From assembly GCA_041695225.1 (NCBI GenBank), contig JBGFRI010000018.1, positions 1 through 63,278 of the forward strand: a stretch of 63,278 bases of DNA, in the 5' to 3' direction. Of this stretch, positions 20,077 through 29,940 are shown one piece after another; position 1 is the stretch's first letter, and each line of letters begins with the position of its first letter. The notes below the pieces were generated by a model that made no database searches, was not told where the DNA came from, and saw only the letters and a program-made list of their open reading frames with translations. A program made the translations under genes and the position numbers. Origin of the DNA: Deinococcota bacterium (GTDB lineage Bacteria > Deinococcota > Deinococci > Deinococcales > Thermaceae).

Positions 20077-20160
20077 CAGTGAGTCTTATGGCCCCGAATC
20101 TACTCCCCCGGCGCATGGTTCAGGTATTGCGTGTGATCGGCCTTCGGTGATGATGCCGGG

Positions 20161-20400
20161 GTGGAGCGGGCTGTGAGTGGCAGCCTGGCTCTGGGACTGC
20201 ATGGGTTACCGGTGGTGAGCAGGAATGTTGATCTCCAGACCGACAGGGCCAGGCTAATGGCCCGATTGCTAAGCAAGTACCCGGTCGTTCCGCCCGGTAT
20301 GCACCTGGGCTGGGTTCATTTCTGGACAGTACAGAATTCAAGACATCGTGGTAGAAACGATTGTCAACCTCGAGTTTACACCCTGGTGGGGCGCTTAAAA
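20161..20400 (+). pseudogene. Degraded nucleotidyltransferase-family gene remnant
   Basis: AVSGSLALGLHGLPVVSRNVDLQTD resembles a GS...DxD NTase motif; the apparent continuation GQYRIQDIVVETI is in another frame. Confidence 0.4.
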
Positions 20401-20568
20401 CCTCCACCAGACTTCCGCCAGAAACGCTGGTAGCCGGCTATACCGGCCAGGGCATGGGGATTGTTTCGCTTTAGTATCCTAAAGCTCTACACCCAGCTTT
20501 AGCCCCCTTGCCTGGTTGCGCTGATCGAAGCCGGGCCAAAGAGGGATTGGAGTAGGGTCATTAGCGGG

Positions 20569-21441
20569 TCAGAGGAGCTCGAGCGCATAGGTCACCACTG
20601 CGCTGGTCTGGGTAAAGCCCAGGCGCTTGTAAAGGGCTTGGGCGGCCTTTTCGTGGTCGTGGGCGCGCACCTGCAGGCTCTGGATCTGTGGGTTGCTAAA
20701 AGCCCGCTCGGCGGCCACCGCCAGCAATGCGCGACCCAGGCCCTTGCCCCTGGCTTCGGGCACCACCCCAATATAGGCAATTTCGCCTTTGGTGTCGTCT
20801 AGTTCCAGCTCGGCCATGCCCACCGGCTCCCCGCCCTGGTCGGTGTGATAGGCCATGAATAGTTCGACCTCGGCGCCCAGAAAGTGCTGGCGCAGCTCTT
20901 CGTCGGTCCAGTGTAGCCGCAGGCTCCAGCCATCGTCGGCGCGGCTATACAGGTCACGGTAAACCCGGGGGTCGCACGGCTCGGCCAGCCTGACGGTGAA
21001 ACCCGGGGGTACCGGGTAGGACAGGTCGGTGCGGCCGATGGTGTAAAAATAGGTGGTGTGTTCGGCAGAAAAGCCAACCTGCTCCAGTATTTCACGGGCA
21101 TGCTGGTTGCTGGCTTCAGGAAAGGCATAAAGCGTAGGGAACCCTTCCAAACGGGCTTTTTTGACCAGGTGCTCCACCAGGGCTTTGCCGTTACCTTCGC
21201 GGACAATAGGGCCCTCGAGCGCAGCCCCATCCCAGAATGAGACCAGGGCCGCATACCCCTGGACCCGGCCCTGTTCCAGCCAGACCCAGGCTCTTTCGTC
21301 CTCCCCAGCCAGTACTTCCCACCAGAGACCCTCGGGGGTGCGAGACTCGGGGGCAAGAGACCGGCGCGCGGGGTCTTGATCCATCCATGACAATAACTCG
21401 GCGAGCTGGGAGAGGTGGGCTTGGGCTACGGGCCGGTTCAT
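20569..21441 (-). CDS. Tandem GNAT acetyltransferase
   Basis: C-terminal VVPEARGKGLG and ALYKRLGF motifs; degenerate N-terminal GNAT; ATG 21441. Confidence 0.85.
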   Translation of the reverse strand: MNRPVAQAHLSQLAELLSWMDQDPARRSLAPESRTPEGLWWEVLAGEDERAWVWLEQGRVQGYAALVSFWDGAALEGPIVREGNGKALVEHLVKKARLEGFPTLYAFPEASNQHAREILEQVGFSAEHTTYFYTIGRTDLSYPVPPGFTVRLAEPCDPRVYRDLYSRADDGWSLRLHWTDEELRQHFLGAEVELFMAYHTDQGGEPVGMAELELDDTKGEIAYIGVVPEARGKGLGRALLAVAAERAFSNPQIQSLQVRAHDHEKAAQALYKRLGFTQTSAVVTYALELL

Positions 21442-21613
21442 TTTGAATCCTTTGTCGAGGTATCGCAGGCGTTTACCTGTAGATCGCAACTGCCTGCTAC
21501 GCTCTGCAGCGCTGGGAGGGCGGTTTTCCAAAGACCCGGTGAAGCTGCCGCTGAAAACCACCCCTGGTAGCTATATTGTACAACGTCGGTTTCTGCTACA
21601 ATCTTCCCACACG

Positions 21614-22501
21614 ATGAGTAGCCAGACAACCTTCGTCATTAATCCAGCAGCGGGGCGTGGGCGGGTAGGCCAGATGCTGGGAAGAATCGAGTCCGCAATC
21701 CGCCAGGCAAGCCAGTCCCCCGATGTGCAGATCGCCATAACCAAGTCTCCTGGGCACGGTATCGAGATCGCCCGACTTACACCCCCCGGTAGCCGGGTGG
21801 TGGCGGTGGGGGGCGACGGTACCGTGCACGAAGTGGTGCGAGGGATCGCCGGCTCGGATAAAGCCGTGGGGGTCATACCAATAGGTAGCGGCAACGACTT
21901 TGCCCGCATGGTGGGTTTGCGGGGGCTGCCGCTCGAAGCCGCCCTGCGTACCGCTTTGCAGGGAAACATCAAGACTGTAGACCTGGGTATGGTCAACAAC
22001 CAGCCCTACGGGGCCAGCCTGGGCATTGGCTTCGACGCCGCGGTAGCACGAAAGGCCCTGACCGCCCCGACCTTTTTGCGGGGCATGCCCCGTTACCTCT
22101 ACTCAATTTTTGCGGTGCTCAAAGAGCTCGAGCTGCCTACCCTGGAACTGACCCAGGAAGACAAGGTAGTCTACCAGGGCCCCATTCTGCTGGTGGCGCT
22201 GATGAATGCCAGGACCTACGCCGGGGGTATTCCCATCGTCCCCGATGCCGTCCCCGACGACGGACTGGTCTCGGCGGTGGTGGCCGGAGAGTTTAACCAT
22301 CTGGGAGTGGTGGGAATTCTGCCCAAGTTGCTGCTGGGCCAGCATGTGCACCACCCCAGGGTGCAGCTTTTTCGGGGTAGCGAGTTCATTGCCCGCTTTG
22401 ACCGACCGGTTCCAGCCCATTCCGATGGCGAGCCCCTGGAGCCCAGGGCCGAGTATCGGGTACGCATGGTTCCCGGAGGGCTAAAGGTAATCCAGCTGTA
22501 A
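21614..22501 (+). CDS. Diacylglycerol/lipid kinase family protein
   Basis: INPAAG, GGDGTVHEV, PIGSGNDFAR, DGE. Confidence 0.92.
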   Translation: MSSQTTFVINPAAGRGRVGQMLGRIESAIRQASQSPDVQIAITKSPGHGIEIARLTPPGSRVVAVGGDGTVHEVVRGIAGSDKAVGVIPIGSGNDFARMVGLRGLPLEAALRTALQGNIKTVDLGMVNNQPYGASLGIGFDAAVARKALTAPTFLRGMPRYLYSIFAVLKELELPTLELTQEDKVVYQGPILLVALMNARTYAGGIPIVPDAVPDDGLVSAVVAGEFNHLGVVGILPKLLLGQHVHHPRVQLFRGSEFIARFDRPVPAHSDGEPLEPRAEYRVRMVPGGLKVIQL

Positions 22502-22680
22502 CAGGTTTGGAGTACTATTCAAGCTGCTCGGGCCACCTGGCCATTTGCTAGATACGTTTTGCTCAGAGTAGTGGCGGCCAGTTGCACCTCACCCACGCCA
22601 TTTGTAAACTACCCTCACTGGTGGGAAGGCTTTGTGGGTCAGTCCAGTGGCGACGACGCCCGTGAAGAGCGTTACCTGGT

Positions 22681-22723
22681 CTAGGTTACGGCTTTGCCGG
22701 AATCGCGTAAGCGACTCGCCTAG
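22681..22723 (+). repeat. ~41-bp dispersed mini-element, copy 3
   Basis: CTAG-GTTACGGCTTTGCCGGAATCGCGTAAGCGACTCGC-CTAG. Confidence 0.9.
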
Positions 22724-22820
22724 GTTCTGCGGTGATAAATAACCAGATCCCCTGCACCAAACCTTGGTACATTATAAGCACGGAGAGCTTGGAGCTGCGA
22801 ATGAAAGGAAGGGGCATTCG

Positions 22821-24815
22821 GTGAACGAGGTTAGCTGGAAGCTATTTGCGCCGCTCTCAATTGAAGGGGCCACCCTCTTGATCGAACACCAGGATCTGCC
22901 TTCGGGCATGTCTGTACGCCTGGGAGGGGTAGGTGGTGTGGTACTGAAACCACAAGAAGCCCAGGAGCTGCTGCTCAATCTGCTTACCGGCGAATCCTGG
23001 GTGAGTAGCCGGCTGGTCTGGGCCTCCCCACGGCTACATATCGGTCAAAAAGGCTACAACCTTAGCGAACGGGCCAAACTGGCCCTGATCGAAGCCCTGC
23101 AATCGCTGCTGGTGGAGTCCCATGGTGTGGCAGTTAATCCCATGCCCAAAGAAACCTGGCAGCGTTCGGTACTGGAACTCACCCAGACCCGCTTTTCCAC
23201 CGTGGAGGAAGCCCTTCCCCGGCTAGGCGAAATTTTGTTAGCCCTTGGTTACAAGGGCATCTGCTTTTGGCTGCGCGATGGCAACCAGCGCACCTTGAAA
23301 CTGGTCGGCCAGTACCCCGAGGCTTTGCCCCCAGCAGACCTTCTGCCCGAGCGGCACACCGTGTATTTCCAGGTACTCGAGCGCAATCTGCTAATCGCTG
23401 CCGATGACGCCCGCCAGGACGCCCGCATGACCGAACTGCGCGATATCCTGATTAGCCGGGGTTTGGGGGCAGTCTTGCAGGTGGCATTCCATGGCGAAAG
23501 CGGCCTGCGGGGCGTGCTGTGGCTGGAAAGCATCCAGCCGCGCAAATGGAACTCCGCCGACGAGACCCTGGCCTTGGCCATGGCCCAGGTTATCGAACGC
23601 ATCCTGCGCCCGCTCAAGGACGAGCTGAAAATCCAGACCCCCGAGCGCAAGTCGTTGGCGGTCAAGCGAAGCGAGTTTGAACACAATCTGGCCCAGGCCC
23701 TCTCGTTAGCCGGGCGCCACGGGCGTTCGCTGGCATTAATGCGCATCCGCATCGAGGGCCTGAAAAAGGCCCAGACCGAGCAGGCCGCCCGCGAGATTGC
23801 CTATACCCTGCGCCAGAGTGACTCGCTGGCCTACCTGGGCGAGCCCGGCTTTGCCCTGCTGCTCTCCGAGGTGCGCTGGACGGCGGGGGCCAGCCGGGTA
23901 GCCCATCGCTTGCTGGGCCGCTTGCGCGCCGCCCTTTCGGGCCTTAAGGTCGGGATCGGCATTGCCATGTTTCCCCAGGACGCTGCCACGGTGGAAGGGC
24001 TGTGGAACCAGGCCGAGCAAGCCTGTATTTCGGCCCTCGAGACCGGCGGCGGCATCCGCCTGCTCACCCCTGGCGCTACCGAGTTACAAGAAGCCCTCTC
24101 GCAGGATGGCCTGACCCTGCACTTCCAGCCGGTGTTTAACCTGAGTGACCTCGAGCTGGTTGCAGTGGAGGCCCTGGCCCGCTGGCCCAAACCCAAAGGC
24201 CTGCACCAGGCCGGTGAGTTTCTGCCCCTGGCCGAGCAGGTCGGCCTGATGAGCGCCCAGGATCGCTGGGCTTTGGACAAGGTGCTGGATCAGGCCGCCC
24301 TCTGGAAGCCCTCCGGGGTCAACACCCGCTTTAGCGTGAATATCTCCTCCGAAACTCTGGTGGACCCCAACTTCCCCACCCTCTTGCAGGAGATGTTTGC
24401 CGCCAAGCGCCTCCCCACCGATATCATCATTATCGAGCTGCGCGAAGAGGCCATCCTGAGCGACCTCGAGACCGCCAGTCGCAGCCTCGAAATCCTCAAA
24501 CACCTGGGTGTCTCCATCGCCCTGGACAACTTCGGCACCAACCCCCTTCCGCTCACCCAGCTCAAGCGCCTTCCGCTCGACTGGATCAAGCTCAACCCGA
24601 CCCTCTCGGCCTCGGAGAACGCTAACCTGGCCAAGGCTGCCATTGATATGGTGCACGCCGTCGGCGCCAAGGCCGTGGCCAAGGGCCTAGAAGAACAGTC
24701 CCAGCTCACCCGCATGAAAGAGCTGGGCGCCGACTACGGCCAGGGCCACATCCTGGGCTGGCCGGTCCCCGCCGAGGACCTGGGCGCGCTACTGGTCTGG
24801 GGTATTGGCACGTAG
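22821..24815 (+). CDS. GAF + degenerate GGDEF + EAL domain protein
   Basis: GAF (IAADD...W.SADE), GGDEF-like RQSD..AYLGEPGF, EAL FQPV...EALARW...DNFGT...QG; GTG start after AAGGAAGGGG. Confidence 0.85.
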   Translation: MNEVSWKLFAPLSIEGATLLIEHQDLPSGMSVRLGGVGGVVLKPQEAQELLLNLLTGESWVSSRLVWASPRLHIGQKGYNLSERAKLALIEALQSLLVESHGVAVNPMPKETWQRSVLELTQTRFSTVEEALPRLGEILLALGYKGICFWLRDGNQRTLKLVGQYPEALPPADLLPERHTVYFQVLERNLLIAADDARQDARMTELRDILISRGLGAVLQVAFHGESGLRGVLWLESIQPRKWNSADETLALAMAQVIERILRPLKDELKIQTPERKSLAVKRSEFEHNLAQALSLAGRHGRSLALMRIRIEGLKKAQTEQAAREIAYTLRQSDSLAYLGEPGFALLLSEVRWTAGASRVAHRLLGRLRAALSGLKVGIGIAMFPQDAATVEGLWNQAEQACISALETGGGIRLLTPGATELQEALSQDGLTLHFQPVFNLSDLELVAVEALARWPKPKGLHQAGEFLPLAEQVGLMSAQDRWALDKVLDQAALWKPSGVNTRFSVNISSETLVDPNFPTLLQEMFAAKRLPTDIIIIELREEAILSDLETASRSLEILKHLGVSIALDNFGTNPLPLTQLKRLPLDWIKLNPTLSASENANLAKAAIDMVHAVGAKAVAKGLEEQSQLTRMKELGADYGQGHILGWPVPAEDLGALLVWGIGT

Positions 24816-24829
24816 CAGGCTTATTGCCC

Positions 24830-24865
24830 AAGCCGCCGATAGCCGATAGTCAATAGCCAATAGCT
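24830..24865. repeat. Second heptamer repeat family (TAGCCRA-like)
   Basis: AGCCGCC GATAGCC GATAGTC AATAGCC AATAGC; a complementary-type array lies at about 41705-41742. Confidence 0.55.
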
Positions 24866-24960
24866 TTATCAGACACAAATTCTCCTGGCATTCGGGTGCC
24901 ATCGTATGGGGTATTGTGTCAGCTTCAGAAAGTGAGTATTCGACAGAAGACGCAGCGGGC

Positions 24961-25140
24961 GTCGTTGCAAGAGGGCCACGGGCCTCGCTCTGGTCAATAC
25001 AATTGCAATGCGGCTGCAAGCCGTCAACCTCGTCTCGTGCGACAAACACAACTTGGCCGCCGAGGTGATCTGGATTGCTTCGCACCCAGAGCCTGCCTCG
25101 AGCCAGTCAAGGGGGGTGCTCGCAACGACGAAAATCTATT
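24961..25140. repeat. REP/MITE-like palindromic repeat
   Basis: GGTGATCTGGATTGCTTCGCACCC.GAGCCTG...GGGGTGCTC...AAAATCT shared with 61370-61447. Confidence 0.7.
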
Positions 25141-25378
25141 TCTGCCGTCAACGCAATTGCAGGCAGGCTGCAAGCCGACGAAATAACCCGGCAGGAGGGC
25201 AAACAGCGCACGGCTGACGGGTTGGCTCTGGGTTGCTCCCCTGACGCCAAGCCTTGCAGCTTATAGTTAGGCTGTCATGCAGACGGCGACTATGGCTATG
25301 TATTAGCCAAATGGTGATTATCTATAAGGTGTTCCCCACTATGCCAAACTTGTTCCAAGCTCTGCTACCATTGAACCC

Positions 25379-25648
25379 ATGACCGAAGGCGCGGTACTGG
25401 TAATGCGGCTGTTGCTCTGGATACTGCCCGGAGTTTTTACTTTTCTCTCCGTGCGAGGTTTTCTTGCCGGGCGTAGCCGCGTCGCCCTGGGGTTTTTGGT
25501 CGCCGGGATTCTGGCCGCGGTACTGGTAAAGCCCTTTCCGGTGGGCTTTGCATTTCTTATTATTGGTGCGCTGGCCGGGCTTGGCGGCGGGCGCAACCCC
25601 AGGTATGCCAGAGAGCTGCGCGAGCGCATCGAGCATTGGCGTAAATAG
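25379..25648 (+). CDS. Small membrane protein
   Basis: Three hydrophobic segments, basic tail; TACCAT 7 nt before ATG. Confidence 0.7.
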   Translation: MTEGAVLVMRLLLWILPGVFTFLSVRGFLAGRSRVALGFLVAGILAAVLVKPFPVGFAFLIIGALAGLGGGRNPRYARELRERIEHWRK

Positions 25649-25707
25649 CCGCTTGCCTTGACGGCGTCGTTTAAGCTCGATTTGTACCCAAACAAACCAA
25701 GCATTTT

Positions 25708-26787
25708 TTAGAAAAGGGCTGGTTGCATGTTTGTGGCAATCCCCCGTTCTGTTAGGCTTTGGTATACCTTGCGACTCTGGGTAGCAACAAACAAAAACTC
25801 GTGATTCTCGGTATGAGAAATTTGACCCACCCTGTCCCCCTGGGGATTATAGATACCGATTCGCGCCCCAACGTAGCGTTTATGCTGGCGGGCTAAGCGA
25901 GCTACAAATCCCCAGCCCTCGAGCATTTCTTCTATTTCTTCAGCAGCAAAAAACCCTTCGTTGTTGAACGAAAGCACAAGGTGACTGGCATTTATTGCAG
26001 ACAAAACCTCGCTCATGGCACTTTTTGCTTCCCTTTTGGAGTTGAAGGGGCTCTTGCGCTCCTGCACATCGCTACGTTTTTGTGCCACCCCATAGGTCGG
26101 GGGATTATCCCACCTGACCAGCGTTTCCCAAACATGGTAGTTGCCCAGATAGGAGTGCTGGTTATAGGGTGGGTCGAGATAAAAAAGGTCTGCGGTCAAA
26201 CAGCCTGCCATCTCTATAGCATCCCCCTGATGGGCTTTTCCTTTCCCCGGCAACAGGGGCGGGTATTTCAGGCAAAGGTCGTTGTGGGCTCGAGGCGCCC
26301 AGTCTTTCAGGTAAGCCATCTGCACCCCAGTGGTCGAATCAACCTTGTCTGCTGCAAGTAGCAGGCTGGTTAGCAGTATTGATTTCAATATGGGGTCTGC
26401 GGAGTATTCATTTTCTATGGCCTCGCGAATCGCCTCTATACGAGAACCGTTCTTTGGCTGGAAAAATCGGGCGTCTACACAGTTGGCTCTGGTGAACCAT
26501 CCCTTGACTGGTTCCAAGTTCATTAGCCTGGCTAGAATCGGTTCAACTCTTGAGCGGCTGTAGCAGGCTGCATCGGCCTCGACCAGTGCCTGAGCCAGAG
26601 TATAGGCATAGGTGTTTATGTCGTTTGCCTCAACAATAAACCCCTTAGACTTCAAGGCGTGGCCCACCCTCGAGCTTCCCGAAAATAGGTCAACCACAGT
26701 CCTTACCCTGTCTAAATTGCCGATTTGCTCAATTGTACTGGCAATCCAGGGCAGCAAGGCACGTTTCGAGCCGATATATTTGATCAT
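25708..26787 (-). CDS. DNA adenine methyltransferase (Dam/D12 class), orphan
   Basis: KYIGSK, DLFSGS SAM motif, YLDPPY catalytic motif; visibly lower GC than flanks. Confidence 0.9.
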   Translation of the reverse strand: MIKYIGSKRALLPWIASTIEQIGNLDRVRTVVDLFSGSSRVGHALKSKGFIVEANDINTYAYTLAQALVEADAACYSRSRVEPILARLMNLEPVKGWFTRANCVDARFFQPKNGSRIEAIREAIENEYSADPILKSILLTSLLLAADKVDSTTGVQMAYLKDWAPRAHNDLCLKYPPLLPGKGKAHQGDAIEMAGCLTADLFYLDPPYNQHSYLGNYHVWETLVRWDNPPTYGVAQKRSDVQERKSPFNSKREAKSAMSEVLSAINASHLVLSFNNEGFFAAEEIEEMLEGWGFVARLARQHKRYVGARIGIYNPQGDRVGQISHTENHEFLFVATQSRKVYQSLTERGIATNMQPALF

Positions 26788-26829
26788 TTACCCTCCAGCC
26801 AGGCTTGCCAGGTCTCGAAAAGATTGAGT

Positions 26830-26917
26830 TATGGAGTAGGCGATCTCATCTTCGGCCACGCCATAGTCCATTCTATGGAGTAGGCAATACCATCTTCGAC
26901 CATGCTAAAGTCCATTC
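26830..26917 (-). repeat. Two imperfect 44-bp tandem units
   Basis: TATGGAGTAGGCGATCTCATCTTCGGCCACGCCATAGTCCATTC followed by TATGGAGTAGGCAATACCATCTTCGACCATGCTAAAGTCCATTC; related to the 30557-30743 array. Confidence 0.75.
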
Positions 26918-26963
26918 TAGTTGTACCCAGTATGTCGAAGCCTTACTGAGGATGTCACAGGCT

Positions 26964-27068
26964 CAAGTCGCAGGTCACAGCTCGAGGGTCCAGGGTCGGG
27001 GTACTGGTGCGCCCAGGTGAAGATTGCTGTCTTTGCAGCCTATAGCTTTCGGCTTTCGACCTTCGACA
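26964..27068. repeat. Heptamer tandem-repeat inverted array
   Basis: GTCGCAG GTCACAG ... TTTCGGC TTTCGAC CTTCGAC. Confidence 0.65.
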
Positions 27069-27126
27069 CTTTCCCTTCGGCTATACCCGGGGTCACCGGG
27101 ATGACAAAAGTCCTGTTACACCACCA

Positions 27127-27789
27127 CTAGCGGTTGCGGGCGGGATTTAGAGTTGGCTGCCAGTCGCGGTCAACCAGCAAAGGAAGGGGGTCAATGACCC
27201 GGCGGTCGCAGGTTCGCCTGCTGCCGGAAAATACCCCAAAGTGCAGGTGCGGCACGGTGGCGCGGGCGTTGCCGGTATTGCCCACATAGCCCAGGCGGGT
27301 GCGGGTTGTTACCTGCTGGCCTGCCTCCAGACCAGCAGCAAAGCGGTCCAGATGGGCGTAGTAGTAGCGTCGCCCGCCCGCCCCGACCACATACACAAAC
27401 AGCCCGCCGAGTTGGTCGTATCCCATTCGCACGACAAACCCGCTGGTGGCTGAGTAGATGGGGGTTCCCCTGGGGGCGAGGATGTCCTGCCCTTCGTGGC
27501 GGCGGCCACCGCTGCGGGGCGCGCCAAAGGTATCGCGGACCTGTCGCACACGCACTCCTTTTACCGGCATGGCCAGCTTTGTATCGGGCGCCTTAGGAAG
27601 CCTTGACAAAAACCTGCGCCATCTTTCGTGACTGGCCGACTGAGGAACACACACTTCTCCGGGGCGCTGGTTGGGCTGCTGGCGTGTAGCCTGGGCCTGG
27701 ACCTCCAGGCCGCCAAACCCCAATGAAAGTATCAAGGCAAAATGCCTGATCTGCCTGACCGAGGGCATAGGCCGAGTCTGACCCTTCAA
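27127..27789 (-). CDS. M23 family metallopeptidase
   Basis: HEGQD (HxxxD), YAHL, GNTGNA, PHLHF (HxH); N-terminal signal-like stretch. Confidence 0.92.
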   Translation of the reverse strand: MKGQTRPMPSVRQIRHFALILSLGFGGLEVQAQATRQQPNQRPGEVCVPQSASHERWRRFLSRLPKAPDTKLAMPVKGVRVRQVRDTFGAPRSGGRRHEGQDILAPRGTPIYSATSGFVVRMGYDQLGGLFVYVVGAGGRRYYYAHLDRFAAGLEAGQQVTTRTRLGYVGNTGNARATVPHLHFGVFSGSRRTCDRRVIDPLPLLVDRDWQPTLNPARNR

Positions 27790-27861
27790 GATGAGATTTG
27801 CAAAAGAAACAGCTCGAATGTGCTCACCATGTCAATGCTATACGGTCACAGTGTCCCTATC

Positions 27862-27957
27862 GTCGCAGGTCTTGGGTCTAAGGTCGAAGGTCTGCGACGG
27901 TCTCGCGTTTTGGTCTTCGACTTTCGACCTTAGACTTTTGACTTTCGGCCTTCGACT
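27862..27957. repeat. Heptamer tandem-repeat inverted array
   Basis: GTCGCAG GTCTTGG GTCTAAG GTCGAAG ... CTTCGAC TTTCGAC CTTAGAC TTTTGAC. Confidence 0.85.
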
Positions 27958-28281
27958 GGCTGTGCCAATGAGTTACCTGTTGAACAAAAAGCTGGCGTCG
28001 GTGATGGTGGCGTTCAGGTGCCAAACCCCCAGAAAAAGGGATAGTTCCAAAGGCTGCACTTGAGGCTGAAAACGCAGGTACAGTCGGTCTGGCAAGTTGA
28101 AAGCTCGAGCCGGCACGGCAGCCAAAGCGCCACTTTGACCAGACCAGGGGAGAAGTTAGATGCCACGTAAATGCCATCGGCCTTTATCGCGGCCAGTCGC
28201 GGGTATTGTGCCAGCCTGAACCTTTGAGACACCCGGCCAGTCTGCAACCCACACCCGCCCCACTGGCTATACTGAGATGTT

Positions 28282-29292
28282 ATGGTCTCGCTGCTCTCCC
28301 TACCTATCCACGAGCTACCGGGCGAGGGTTTCCGCCAGCGTCAGCTTGCGGCCTGGCTCTACCAGAAGGGCGCACGGCAGTGGGACCAGATGACCGACCT
28401 GCCCAAAGCCCTGCGTAGCGACTGGGCCCTACACTTTCGCATCTCGGAGTTTGCCCAGGTGGCGCCCTACCAGAGCCAAGACGGCTCGGTGAAGTATCTT
28501 TATACTCTGCTGGACGGCAAAAAGACCGAAGCGGTTTATATGCCCTACCAAAACCGCAAGACCCTCTGCATCTCCAGCATGGTGGGCTGTCCGGCGGGCT
28601 GCACCTTTTGTGCCACCGGCAAGATGGGCTTTGGGCGCAACCTTACGGCGGCAGAAATTCTGGACCAGATTTTGTTTGCCGCCCACCACCAGCAACACTC
28701 CCCCCGCGAAATCCGCAACGTGGTGCTGATGGGCATGGGCGAGCCTCTTTTGAACCTGGAGAACGTGTTTGTCGCCCTAGAACGCATGCTAGACCCGGAG
28801 GGGCTGGCCATGAGCCCGCGCCGGATTACCCTGTCCACGGTGGGTATCCCTCGAGGCATTTACCGGCTGGCCGAGTCGGGGCTCGAGGTTCGGCTGGCCC
28901 TCTCGCTGCACGCCCCGGACGACCAGACCCGCCAGCAGATTATCCCCACCGCCCACCGCTACAGCCTCGCCGAAATTATGGAGGCGGTGCGGCACTACCA
29001 CGCCCAGACCGGCCGCCGGGTCACCCTGGAGTACACCTTGCTGCGGGGCATCAACGACCACGACTGGCAGGCCAGGGCGCTGGTGCAGCACTTCAAGGGC
29101 ATCGGCGTCCACATGAACCTGATCCCCTGGAACCCCTGGGAGGGCGCAGCTTACCAGGGCACCCCCAGACAACAAACCCTGAAGTTTGCCACTATTATCA
29201 AAAATCTGGGCATCCCCACCTCGGTGCGCTGGAGCCGAGGGCGCGATGTAGGCGCGGCCTGCGGCCAGCTCGCACTTAAGCAGCCGGCCTGA
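28282..29292 (+). CDS. rlmN: 23S rRNA (A2503-C2) methyltransferase RlmN
   Basis: CISSMVGCPAGCTFCATG, MGMGEPL, SLHAP, AACGQL. Confidence 0.96.
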   Translation: MVSLLSLPIHELPGEGFRQRQLAAWLYQKGARQWDQMTDLPKALRSDWALHFRISEFAQVAPYQSQDGSVKYLYTLLDGKKTEAVYMPYQNRKTLCISSMVGCPAGCTFCATGKMGFGRNLTAAEILDQILFAAHHQQHSPREIRNVVLMGMGEPLLNLENVFVALERMLDPEGLAMSPRRITLSTVGIPRGIYRLAESGLEVRLALSLHAPDDQTRQQIIPTAHRYSLAEIMEAVRHYHAQTGRRVTLEYTLLRGINDHDWQARALVQHFKGIGVHMNLIPWNPWEGAAYQGTPRQQTLKFATIIKNLGIPTSVRWSRGRDVGAACGQLALKQPA

Positions 29293-29348
29293 GGCGACAG
29301 TGGTCGGTGGGCGCCCAGCCCTAACAGCTTTCATCTAAAGCCAATACA

Positions 29349-29849
29349 ATGAGCGGCGGTATGAATCGAAACCTAATTCTGGTTGCAGCCGCAGTGCTGG
29401 TACTGTTGGGCGTAGGGGCCTTTTTGCTCTTTGGACAGCGCGCCCCCCAAGAAAACGTGGTCACCGGCACCCTCTGCCTCAACCCCCCTGCCGCCGCTAC
29501 TGGCCTGACCAACGAGGGCGTCACCACCCTTGGCCTCGAGGACACCAGGGAAGGCCGCGGCCCCCAGGCCATGACCGCCAACACCGTGCGCGTGCATTAC
29601 ATCGGACGCCTGGTAGACGGCACACAGTTCGACTCCTCCTGCCAGCCGGGCCGCACCCCTTTCGAGTTCACCCTGGGGGCGGGCCAGGTAATTCCCGGCT
29701 GGGACTCGGGCATTGTAGGGATGCGGGTAGGGGGCCAGCGCCGGCTGATTATCCCGGCCCACCTGGCCTATGGCGAGCGCAGCCCCAGCCCGGATATTCC
29801 CCCAAACTCGGCGCTGATATTTGACGTGGAGTTGCTGGAAATTCGCTGA
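29349..29849 (+). CDS. FKBP-type peptidyl-prolyl isomerase with N-terminal membrane anchor
   Basis: VHYIGRL.DGTQFDSS, VIPGWD, IPAHLAYG, LIFDVEL. Confidence 0.94.
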   Translation: MSGGMNRNLILVAAAVLVLLGVGAFLLFGQRAPQENVVTGTLCLNPPAAATGLTNEGVTTLGLEDTREGRGPQAMTANTVRVHYIGRLVDGTQFDSSCQPGRTPFEFTLGAGQVIPGWDSGIVGMRVGGQRRLIIPAHLAYGERSPSPDIPPNSALIFDVELLEIR

Positions 29850-29940
29850 TTTCCACACCCCCTGAGGCTTTCTCCCAAAGAGGCGGCGGTCATCCTGAGT
29901 TTACCGCCATCCTTAGGGATCAGCCGCTGCGAAGGGCGCT

